A DNA stretch of 63,825 bases, filler included, from Choristocarpus tenellus KU-1152 (taxonomy: Eukaryota; Protista; Phaeophyceae): the NCBI GenBank assembly GCA_964200185.2. It is 10 parts of 10 records of this genome, joined end to end, with 100 filler letters (N's around TTAATTAATTAA, not from the genome) between each part and the next. Parts side by side here need not be neighbours in the genome. Positions count along the whole stretch, not along the records: positions 31,576 to 43,299 come from CAXNAD020002167.1; positions 43,400 to 53,263 come from CAXNAD020003321.1; 8 more parts are not named here. One strand, written 5' to 3'. Of the stretch, positions 36,201 to 46,900 are shown piece by piece; position 1 is the first letter of the stretch, and every line of letters starts with the position of its first letter. The notes under the pieces are model-generated. The model worked only from the letters and a program-made list of their open reading frames with translations. It did no database searches and was not told where the DNA came from. The position numbers were made by a program, and so were the translations under genes.

Positions 36201-38445
36201 AGATGTGTACAACTGTGGCAATCTGCTGTGAACGTGGTGGGTAGCACTTCAATTGAATTGACTAAGCCTCTATTAATGTTTTAAGTATTTATCTCATATC
36301 TTTATGCAATGGATGGTCTTGGAAAGAACTTGCTGCACAGTTTTGTAGTAGGTCTTCGCCCTGTCTCACCACAAAGTCGTATGTAACGGCGTACGATTAG
36401 TAGTCTGGTACATACTCTTGTTACTCAATAATAGCAGTTCACAGCCATCCTCCCTCCTCCCCCCTGTTCGTCTAGATAATTTATCTTTTTGCTATCAGCA
36501 CGGTGCTTCAGGGACAATGCGACAGTAGCAATCGCATTGCATGCTCTATACGCCTGAATTCGATTTACCCTTTTCTTTTCCCAAATAAATGTGCATGAAT
36601 AAAATTATCTCTCCCTTACAACAGATTTTGGCCTGGCCCGGTCTGTGTGCCCCACTAGCGTGCCTGAGAATGATACCTACGAGGTGAGGGACGGAAGGGA
36701 ATCGGAATGAACATAGAAGGGATCAGGCGACGACAGGCAAGGTTGGTAGGTGAACCGTGGGCGTAATTATATCCAGCCTTCACAGTGCAAGGAGTCCTAG
36801 CAGGCAAAGGGCACATGGATGCAAGTATGACTACTGTATATAAATCGATGCGTATCTCCCCCTCACCACCAAACGCCAACTTTGCGAGGAACGTGAAAAC
36901 CCATGTTAAGGGGCAGGGAGGGGGTCAGATTAGGGTGAGGGATATGTTTGTAGGGGGCTTAGTGTCTTTGGCAGAACTGTCTACCAATGTCGTTCGCTAA
37001 GGGTGCCTATAGTATACTGCGGGTGGTACAGGAGTGGTTTGATGGGGATACTACTGTGTATTAGGCTTCCTCTGTGAATTTCCTGCCTGTCGGGGTTGGT
37101 TTGGTGCTTGCTACAGTTTTCATGGTCACAATTGATGTTATCCAATCATCCTGCTGTAACACGACAAGTTTTTTTATCCTTTTGGAGAGTCAGTGTGGGG
37201 GCTAGGGTAAGTAGCTGCATGAGGGATGGGCGAGGGCTGAGTTAAAGTATATTAGAGGGTAAAGTCGCTTCCATTTGAACCTAAAATTCAATGTTCCGAT
37301 TTTGATGTAATTTTGATTATCGTGTTTGTTAGGAAGTGTCAATATACTTGTTCCGGACAAACCCTTTCGTAACGTATACATTTTACCTATTCCGAAATAT
37401 ATCGGAGTAGGAAAATGTCTAAAACACCTGTGGGAAGCCAAGCGCCAAACGGACAAACAGGGGGAAATTCGTACCCTCTAAGATACTCTTCACTGGCTGT
37501 ATCTGGTGGCCAGCATATATTTTCAAATAATGATTTTTGGCAGTTCATAAGGTAAACATTATGGGGTACTTTGAAGTATCTTTCCAGTGAGAGACTGATA
37601 CATGTGTGTATGAGACTGGTTGTGTAGCAACTTAAATCCCTTCATTGGGGAGCAAGCAAGAGCTGATTTTAAGGACCAGCGTATGATATAACTCAATTTC
37701 TTGAGCTGGTACCTGGCTTGACAATTTATAAATAGGCCAGCCTACCTTCCATGTCCAACCTATGAAAATAAAACCGGTTCCTTCACACTACTTCCTTCCA
37801 CCTGCATGATTGACTCAGATGTCTGGAGAGGTTGGGTCACTCCACTACATGGCTCCAGAGGTTGTATTGCATATAGCCTACAACAGTAAGGCCGACATCT
37901 ACAGCTTTGCCCTCCTGAGCTGGGAAATTTTGTCAGGGAAGAAAGCCTTATCAGAGATGAACTGGGAGACCTTCATGGAAGTGATTTTGATACGGCAGAT
38001 GCTACCCTCTCCTTGAACTCATTTGCGTGTAACCCATGCTCCCACCCTACCCCTGCTGCGTCTTCTTTTCGAAGCATATCAATCCGACAGTGGAGGTGGA
38101 GGTTGTTGCCATGGTCAATCAAGCAGTAGTTTTCACATATCCTAATTTTGCATACAGACATCAACTCCTACATTGGAGAAAAACTGGTTTCTATATTTTC
38201 CCATCGCCTTATTGCGTTTACTCCTAGACCCTCTCATATCTTATCCGCCCTTGCTCTTTCCACAACAACAGCTTGTTGTCATTGGGAAACAACGACCAAA
38301 GGTCCCAAGGAAGTGGCCGACTTCCCTGCATTCCATACTTACAGAAGCCTGGGATCACGATATCTCAAACCGCCCCACGATGACCGAGGTGGTGAAGCGA
38401 TTACAAAATGTCCTCAGGGAGTGTGAGTCCCCACACTCACCCTGA
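33254..38445 (+). CDS. TKL-type serine/threonine protein kinase (7 catalytic-domain exons; further 5' exons likely in 32040-33081)
   Basis: Exons 33254-33441, 34225-34386, 35607-35703, 36044-36086, 36625-36683, 37819-37980 and 38272-38445 splice in phase at GT-AG. Motifs: FVAKGSFCWV, VVAK, PNIIDIYG, IMHRDIKSVN, LKLFDFGLAR, GSLHYMAPE, KADIYSF, AWDHDISNRPT. Confidence 0.92.
37239..37495 (+). mobile_element. MITE family A copy, TSD GCT, in kinase intron
   Basis: GAGTTAAAGTATATTAGAGGGTA...TACCCTCTAAGATACTCTTCACTG flanked by GCT. Confidence 0.9.
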
Positions 38446-38699
38446 ACAGCAGATGCTTCAGCAAGGATTTAGCATTAAGGGAAATGCTTGTCGGACAAGA
38501 ACATTGGCTCTCACAAGTGAATAGAAGGAGTGAGGAGCTCAATGGAGATGACACTATGTGTGAGGACATCGTCTGGTATGGAGGAGGGAGGAGTTGATTA
38601 CACTCAAGATATCTTGCTCTGTCGCCGCTGTATGGGAAAGGAGCCACCCCTCTTGGCAGGAAGTCCTCTGGCAACAGTCAAGTACGCTATCACTGTCCT

Positions 38700-39110
38700 T
38701 TTAGCTGCCAAAGAAATATTTGATGAACAAGGGTTGTATATGCCTTGGTCAAGAAGTGAAATTCAGATACCATAAGAGGAGATGCTACTATAGGCTGAGG
38801 GGGTGATATCAGTAGCAAATCCAAATAGGCAGGGTAAAAATCCCAGCAAGCTCCAGCAGGAAAACCTCTATTGACTCTAGATCCCAGTAGCCATCAAGAC
38901 TTTAACCAAAATCAGGAGCAGGATTCGACAGGCCTTGCTAATGATTGTCATTGGCAAGTCATTGTGCTCCACAAATCCTTGGGCAGTGAGCAGACAGAGT
39001 AGTGGATTTGTTTGTGACAGATAGTCGAGTGCTTCGAAGTATAATTTTATCAAGAACAATAGGGCAGTGATTTAGGGGTAGGGGCTAGAGATCCGCTCCA
39101 AGTGTTCGTG
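38700..39110 (-). mobile_element. Possible degenerate LINE RT fragment
   Basis: AQGFVEH...ILLLILVKVL (QxGF...LLLDFxKAFD-like) followed by a QG..P-like segment; frameshifted. Confidence 0.35.
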
Positions 39111-40489
39111 GACCAGTGTATTCTAACATGATGGTTGAGAATTTTTCTCTTGAGAATTGTTATAGCAAATCGAATCTATGTGAGGTTGCTACACTGTGGT
39201 TCATACTTATGGTCGATTTAGTCATATTTACATGTTCTTTTGGTAGTCTGCAGCTTGCTATGTGTAAATATTTCGATGCCACTGCATGCACGGAGACCAA
39301 TAGGGACAATTATGATTTTATAGCGGAAACAGTAACAGCAGTCACTAGTTGTGCCAAATCAAAGGAACAAGCCGATATTGATGCAATCCAACAGTTTATC
39401 AAGGTGCTGTGGGCTGTGGCCTCTGCATTGATCAGGTTATGCTTGTAATCTAGTAGTAATTGAATGGAATGAGTTGTTGTGGGTACTTTTGTGTTGAAAT
39501 TGGAGATCTGTTGCTGTTGTACTCTACGCAGTAGTATTGTGTAATAGTAGAGCTCTTTCTGTAGGAAGGGGGGAGTTAGGTAAAGGGCAAAGAGGGTAAT
39601 CTGGAAGAGTTGGGAGAGAACGTATAATATCCTATGTGATTATATGGTGGTTAATTTACAAACTCAATGCTTAAATATATACTCGAGTATATGTATCCAA
39701 CAACTGTCACAGATCACTAGGATACCAATATTGATTTATGCGAAGAAGTGAGGTACGATAAACTTTTAGGACAAGGGAATTCGTTCGTAGATAGTGCTGC
39801 TGATACACTATAAACACCATCGGTGGAGAAGATTAGGAAAGATAAACACCACCACCAGTGGAGTAATGGAGTATTGTAGGAAAGGTAGAGCCAGATATAT
39901 GTTTCCGTATATTTCAGTTGAGCTCTACACAACGTTCATGGTAGTTCCTGTATGATAGGGACCTGATATTGGATCATCAGTTGATATATTATATATGGCA
40001 CGTATGGTAAATAGATATTATTATTTTCTGATTATCCACGTGGATGTTGCAAATCCCGCATGGTAGTCCGCACTTGTCTCACTCACGTATTCAGTCAGAG
40101 GAATCGAGACCATAAGCCCTCTTTGTAATATCAACTTGGCATATCTTCATCAAGCTGTTCTTTGTCCTTCATCAAAGCACCAAAGCCGTGGGTCCAGTGT
40201 GGGATACTTCAACAAATTCCTCTATTTTAAGAATGGGTGATGCCTATCAGTTCGGTAAAATATCGGAATGAACGCACAGTTTGACTAAATCATGTAACTG
40301 GTCGTGTACATGCGGTCATTCCAATGTATGCATACTCCGTTAGAACATTGCGCATATCATTGTTGTGGGGTTCATGTGTACAAATGTCCAAACAAAATGT
40401 TCAATAATACTTATTTTTCAGGGTTTTCACCAACCGACATATTTAAATGGTTCCATCCGCCAGCTGGACCAATTCCACAATTTTCTTGA

Positions 40490-40705
40490 CATGTGTTGGT
40501 CCATGCCCGCTGGCTGTACCGGATCAAACATTCGCTAACATGTCCGGACCATGTCCATTAGCTATTGTACTGGTCCATGTCCCGCCTTCTGGGTGAGGGC
40601 TAGCATTCTCTAACATGTCCGGATCATGTCCACAGGGAAATTTGATCGATCCGTGTCTGTAGGGCAGTCAGTTGAAATCTTTTCTGTAAAGTCGGGACCA
40701 TATCC
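40490..40705. repeat. Cluster of short GG(A/T)CCATG(T/C)CC motifs
   Basis: About six imperfect copies (GGTCCATGCCC, GGACCATGTCC, GGTCCATGTCC, GGATCATGTCC, GGACCATATCC). Confidence 0.55.
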
Positions 40706-40951
40706 GTCATATGTGCTGTACGAGTCCACGACGAAAAATGAGTAGATGTCTAATATCAAGCTATACTCCAGCATGTGCATATAGATAATACTTTTTCAAA
40801 TTCGTCAGTGGACTGTCTTTGTTCGAAATCATCATCTGTACGTATGTACGATGAGAATGTCAGGACACACACACGAGTGTTCCTTTTTATTAATATACGC
40901 ACTTAACCCCTTTGCGAATAGTTGTCAATACTGTATACACAAAGGTATAAA

Positions 40952-41213
40952 GAGTTAAAGTATCTTAGAGGGTAGAGCCGCGTCTATTTGGGGCCAAAAT
41001 CCAATGTTGCGATTTTGATTTGATTTTGGCTATCGTGTTTGTTAGTAGGAAGTGTCAATATCCATGTTCCGGACACATCTTTTCATAACATGCACACTTT
41101 ACCTACTCCTAAACATTTTGGACTAGGAAAATGTGATAAAAATAACCCATGGGAAGCCAAGGCCCAAATGGACAAATAGGGCAAAACTCGTACCCTCTAG
41201 GATAATTTCACTC
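40952..41213 (+). mobile_element. MITE family A copy, TSD AAA
   Basis: GAGTTAAAGTATCTTAGAGGGTA...TACCCTCTAGGATAATTTCACTC flanked by AAA. Confidence 0.92.
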
Positions 41214-41276
41214 AAAACTACATCTTGAAGTCACAAATTACCTCACTCACCAAATTTGGAGGGAATAATATATATA

Positions 41277-42217
41277 TTTTTGCTCACAAATTCTGTATTA
41301 TTATTATTTTATTCTATGTTTGCATTCCACCCATTCCCCTCCTCCCCATTGTACCATCACTTGTGACCAACCAGTGCAAACCCCTTTCGCAGTTGATTTC
41401 CAGTCACCTCCCCCCCCTGCGATGACCAACCAATGCGAACCCCTTTCGCAGTTGATTTACAGTCACCGTCCACCCTTGATGACCAACCAGTGCGAAGCCC
41501 CTTCGACACTGATTTACAGTCACCCCTCCCCATGCGATGACCAACCAATGCGAACTCCTTTCGCCATTGATTTCCAGCCACTGTCACCTCCGATGATCAA
41601 CCAGTGTGAACCCCGTTCACCACTGATTTCCAGTCACCACCACACCCTTCAAGCCCACGCCAGCTGTCATTCCCCTCAACTTCACACCAGTTACCGCTCC
41701 ACTCAACCCCACACCAGTTGTCATTCCAAGCATCCCCACACCAGTTAAAATTACCACTCCCCCACACCACTCAACACCATTCCACAGTCATCCAAGAACA
41801 CCCCATCATCATCCACTTAATACCATGCCTTTGAACTAGAAGACATCTACCCCGCCCGAACCTGACCTCCCCTCCCTTTACCCAGCGTCCCAATCGGTCG
41901 CAAGCAAGCGACAGGGTGGGTGGGCGGAAGAGCTTGCTCGGAGGTGGTCGTGTTCTAGCCCCTCCTCGTTTTGTACCACCAGCCCTCGGTTTTCTTTACA
42001 TACTAGCCATTCCTTCTTACCTTGTGCCTCCACCTATCAACCACTTCTTTAACTCCTCTCCTGCCTCTTCTATCTCCTAATCACTCAGTACTGAACTCTT
42101 CGTTCACCCCTTGACTACTTTTTCTTTTTCCTTCCTCACCTCTCCCTCCCCGGTACCACATTACCACCAGAATTCTTCCACCCACAAAACTCAGATTACT
42201 TCATAAGCTCGCCCTTT
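41277..42217 (+). mobile_element. Uninterrupted ~940-bp minisatellite-bearing Helentron/DINE-like element
   Basis: TTTTGCTCACAAATTC, (ATT)n, five 56-59 bp units (starts 41364, 41423, 41480, 41538, 41594), pyrimidine-rich body, CCAGAATTC and conserved 3' end. Confidence 0.78.
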
Positions 42218-42351
42218 GTTTTGCTCACGAATTCTAGATTATTATTATTTTATTCTATGTTTGCATTCCACCCATTCCCCTCCTCCCCATTGTACCACCC
42301 ACTTGTGACCAACCAGTGCGAACCCCTTCGCCACTGATTTCCAGTCACCTC

Positions 42352-42785
42352 TGTTACGGGGGAATAGCACGAGCATATTTCTTCTCGTGTTCTAGCAAGC
42401 GTGAGCAGTACACAAGATTCGTAGCTCGTAGGTGGCCATACAGAATAAATGCTGATTTCTTAGAAGTTACAGGAAATATTTGTAATTAGAGTACGTATAC
42501 AACCGCTGGCAGAGTCTTTCAACTTGTAGTGTGTAGAATTCGGGGATGGTGGAAATAAAGAATACTTTGACAGTCACCAAAGTATGTCTTGATTCTTTCT
42601 ATATTTCTCGATTAAAACATTAAGTCAAGCTTAGAGCTAAGCACTAAGTGAAGTATCGAGAGAAGAGAGGCTGACACCCGCACGAGGCTATCAACTGTGG
42701 AAATATCCACATAGCGTCGTTTTAAGGTTTTGTGGATTGGAGCTACACATCCTGTGGAGGTAAGCTTATGGAGCATGCTGTAACA
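42352..42785 (+). mobile_element. Solo LTR (434 bp), 4-bp TSD CCTC
   Basis: TGTTAC...GTAACA flanked by CCTC; removal restores a minisatellite unit; 3' end homologous to the other LTRs. Confidence 0.85.
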
Positions 42786-42890
42786 CCTCCCACTCCTGCG
42801 TTGACCAACCAATGCGAACCCCTTTTGGCAATTGATTTCCGGCCACTGTCCAGCTCTGATGATCAACCAGTGCGAACCTCCTTCACCACT

Positions 42891-43150
42891 GAGTCAAAGC
42901 ATGTTAGAGGGCAGAGCCGTGTCCATTTGGGGGCCACAGATCTAATGTTGCAATTATGATGTGATTTTGGCTATCGTGTTTGTTAGGAAGTGTCAATATC
43001 CATGTTCCGGACACACCTTTTTATAATGTACATATTTTACCTCCTCCGAAATATTTTGGAGTAGGAAAATGTCATTAAAAAACCCGTGGGAAGCCAAGCC
43101 CCAAACGGACAAACAGGGCAAAACACGTACCCTCTAAGATACGTTCACGC
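42891..43150 (+). mobile_element. MITE family A copy, TSD ACT
   Basis: CTTCACCACT|element|ACTGATTTCC; the empty unit CTTCACCACTGATTTCC occurs in other repeats. Confidence 0.93.
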
Positions 43151-43230
43151 ACTGATTTCCAGTCACCCCCCACATCCAATGACCAACCACTGCGATCCCT
43201 TCGCCACTGATTTCCAGTCTCCCCCCCCCA

Positions 43231-43299
43231 TGACTCAAAGTATCTGAGGGGGGGGGTCTACACCAGGGTGTCCATTCGGGCCCTGGCCAGGAAAAGTGG
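43231..43299 (+). mobile_element. MITE family B left part at contig end
   Basis: GACTCAAAGTATCTGAGGGG...CAGGGTGTCCATT...AGGAAAAGTG. Confidence 0.8.
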
Positions 43300-43399
43300 N
43301 NNNNNNNNNNNNNNNNNNNNNNNNNNNNNNNNNNNNNNNNNNNTTAATTAATTAANNNNNNNNNNNNNNNNNNNNNNNNNNNNNNNNNNNNNNNNNNNN
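43300..43399. other. Artificial contig linker
   Basis: N44-TTAATTAATTAA-N44. Confidence 0.97.
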
Positions 43400-43418
43400 C
43401 CCCCAGATACTTTGATCC
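43400..43418. mobile_element. MITE family B TIR at contig start
   Basis: CCCCCAGATACTTTGATCC. Confidence 0.6.
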
Positions 43419-43913
43419 GTAAGGACAATTTGCTTGTGCAAACTGAAGGAATTCACAAAACATCCAAAATGCACTCGGCAGAGGTGGAATGTGTATTTTT
43501 CTTCAAGTGTGCTACAAGAAAGTCAGAGGGACCCTAAGAACTCAGCTGCACCTACTATTGGTTCCTTTGGCTCTCAACAATTTAGAGGTGTCTCTCTTCT
43601 ACCTGTCAATTATATACATATGAGCACCTCATATTCTATCAGGGACATCATTTTCAGAAAATAATCAAGTTCAAGCCCTCCTAGAGAGACATCTCTGTGG
43701 GCCTCTTGTGTCCCCAAACTCAACTTGAAGTGTCACTGAAAGAAGTTTATTACATATTTCATCCCTTGGATTGCACTGCTGCCTATACTCGGAGTAGAAC
43801 AGCTTTATCTCCCCCTTCTCTCCTGCTACCCCCAATACCCGCCTTCTTAATTCTTACATAACCTTGACTATTATTAAAACCACATTGGTGGTGGATATTC
43901 CCACCACAACAAG

Positions 43914-46900
43914 TGTGGAGTAAGATTGCAAGAGCCAGACATGATGGGAATTTTGGCAAAGTTTGGACAAGAGGGCGAGGGTGGGGAAGGAGAAGAGGAG
44001 GTGGACTACCGCTCTCTATGCAGGTGGCTGTCTGAGGAGAGCGTGCTGGACGACAAGATATTGGGCAAGATTCAACGGCATGTCAAATCGCGATTAAACA
44101 AGTGAGAACAAATGAGATGTCAAGAATTGTGCTTGAAATACATATATGGAACAGCGACTGGGCTAGCTGGAATGCAACTGTGCGGCTTTGAGACAGGGTA
44201 TGACGCATGGTGGCTTGCACATCAATAGCGAAATGTCTGCTTTGGGGGTAGGATAGAACAAACGGTGCATATGAACGAGAACGGTTTCTTGCCCTCACCT
44301 GGTTCACTCCCTTCTCAGTACCTTTGATTAATTGAGGCAGATATTACAACTACTGTAACATTGGGATTTTCTAGGGAGCATCAGTTCACTTTAACACGAG
44401 AGGAGATCCCACAGATTGTTCGCGCTAGCAACTGTGTTTTAGATGCCCTCAACTTCTGTCTCTAATTTCAGAATCAAGGGAAACTTAGGCATCCTACATC
44501 CTTCCCAAGACGTTGGTGTATGATCCTTCCTTCATTCTGCAGGCTGAGACAGCATGTGTTTGCAATGAGACACACTTGATGGTATCATGTCCTTAAGAAC
44601 CTAGTTTGGCAAAGATATCTTGGTTATCCGTTCAACAACTTATGTTCCTCATGTGTGGCATCATGATCACTTACACACAGGGCGCTTGACTTGCGTGGTC
44701 TCTTCACAGAGATGGCCGGGGGCAAGCACAGGATTGGCATCAAGGCGCTTACGAAGGGCTTGAGACACGCTGGTCTCAGCCTAAACAAATCCACCATTGC
44801 TCAGGTATTGAGATTCAGTACACTTCTGTAAGTGAATCCTATAGAACATAATTCCCTTTCACCAAATAGATCATGTTCCTATCTGGGTATAAAGAGAGAA
44901 CTTACTCCTGTATGCTTCTGAAACTTCAAGCTAGTGCAGTGTGTGTGAGTAACATGTACTCAGCACAATCTATCGTGTAGTAGACAGTGCTAGAGCTGTG
45001 TGTTGGTACATTGGTGATTGTAACTATGTTGAGACTGTCAGCTGACCGTGTCCAAGGGAGGGTGGGGGCATTCCTCCCCCTAAGGTTGTAGACAGCAAAT
45101 GTTCTTTCATTTCCTTTTCTGGTCAATCAAGGAGACTTGCGAAATAGTGCTGATTGGTCAGCTACACTACGACCATGCCACAGGCAATCCATCATCTTCT
45201 AAGGTCAGAAATAAGGGGAAAATGTACAAATCCTAGTTTTTTTTCATTTATCATATTTTTTTCCTTTGGGTTGCCTTACAGTATTTTATCCTTTCACAAA
45301 TTAGTAGATTGTAGATATTAATGTATCTGATGTATCCAAAAGCATAGTGACATTGGGATCATGCTACCACCTCTTCAAGGTGAATGGAAACAGGAGGGTG
45401 GGAGGAAGTGGACTGTCCTGGGATATCACTCAGCACTGTGGTAAAGGTTGCCCGAGGAGGAGAGAGAAGTCTTTAGTGGTGATATGGGCATGTATATCCT
45501 TAACCCTTTACTTCAAGATTTCATTCAATGGTTTCGTTGCACAACTGGCATGTTTATGTCATGTAGGTCTGCCCACCTGTTTCCACAGTAAAATCAGCAT
45601 AGAACAGTTCTACCTTCATTCAGAGGGTTGTTTCTGATGAGGGGTGAGTGGGAATGGGAGTCTTCTGTTATGTAGCTTAAGATGAGATAAAAACATTTTC
45701 GCTGCTTACCTGCAACCTCCCCTGGAAAATTGCTAGTACTACATGAATATGGAAATCTACATCTGACGGGCTTAAAAAAGAATGCAATGATAACAATGTG
45801 CACCATACAGATTAGGGATTAGGGCACATGATAGTTCTCCATATTGTGTGTGAGACACTTGTTGGACACTCTCCCAATCCCTTGTAGATCAAATAACTGG
45901 AAGCGTTCTCTTACCTCCAGTTCTGATCCAATTTGTTTCATCACACTCCCCCCCTCCCCCCATACATATACACACACTTTCCATCAGTTGATAATTGTGT
46001 TTGGAGATGAGGCCGGTGTACATATGAGCTTCTCAGAGTTCTATCGAATGACTTATGCCTCAAGCCTGGCCGAAGCTACTGCGGACACCAGAGGAAGACG
46101 AGGACTGGGGAGGAATAGAGGGCATGGGGCATTGCAAGAACAAGTGAGGGGTTGGGACAGATATCATGTCGGGAGTTAGAGTAATGAGGGGTGTGGACTA
46201 AACCTACCCTATGCACCCACAAGAGTGGGGGTAAGGTGCTATGAGCATTTTCTTGGGGAAGTATTTCGGGTTCCCTTTTGTACTGTGTACTTTCATCACC
46301 AGTAGGTTCTCACCTGAATGGTCCAGCCAGCAGGCTTGATACATATCCTTTGATTGCTAACATCTTTTATCACCTTCTTTTGGAACCTTTCAAGTCCCCT
46401 CGGGTTCCAACAACATTAGACAGGGGGTTCTTCCAACCCACCTGGGCTTATCACAACATCTTTTTAGAGTGGTTCCATACCCATTGGACCTGACCCTCAA
46501 TGCTCACCTCAAAATATTAGAATTGATGTAAGTAGTTATTGCAAGTACTGGAGTACAGTACATGTTAATAATGAATTGGGGAGGGAAATTAATGTCATGA
46601 TAGTATTTTAATCAAATAACAGACAGAGGAAAATGGGCTGGGGTCCACAGACATGTGCTCTCTTTGGCAGCTGGAGTGGACAAAAATGTTCTACCGAGTT
46701 GTACACCTGACCGTTCTAGACGTTGCTCTGTGCTTAGCTGAGACCATTATTGTTTGTCCTGTCTCCCTAAGACCGCATGTGTAACAAACACTAGTGCTTG
46801 GTGTCTACTTTACTAGGAGTTCATTATTTATCATTTTCAATATTCTTAGTATTTTTGGTATTGTTCAAAATTATTCCTGTTATATTAATTGTGATTATTG

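Larger units (their letters stand above)
42219..43230 (+). mobile_element. Second head-to-tail copy of the minisatellite element, interrupted by LTR, MITE-A and MITE-B
   Basis: TTTTGCTCACGAATTCTAG restarts immediately after the first copy. Confidence 0.75.

Noticed and set aside
41360-41640. 58-bp and 42-bp arrays as CRISPR
   Set aside because: Units are contiguous degenerate tandem repeats without unique spacers; no cas genes; eukaryotic context.
43231-43418. One MITE-B spanning the linker, implying true adjacency
   Set aside because: Flanks do not form a TSD and the end types are not clearly complementary.
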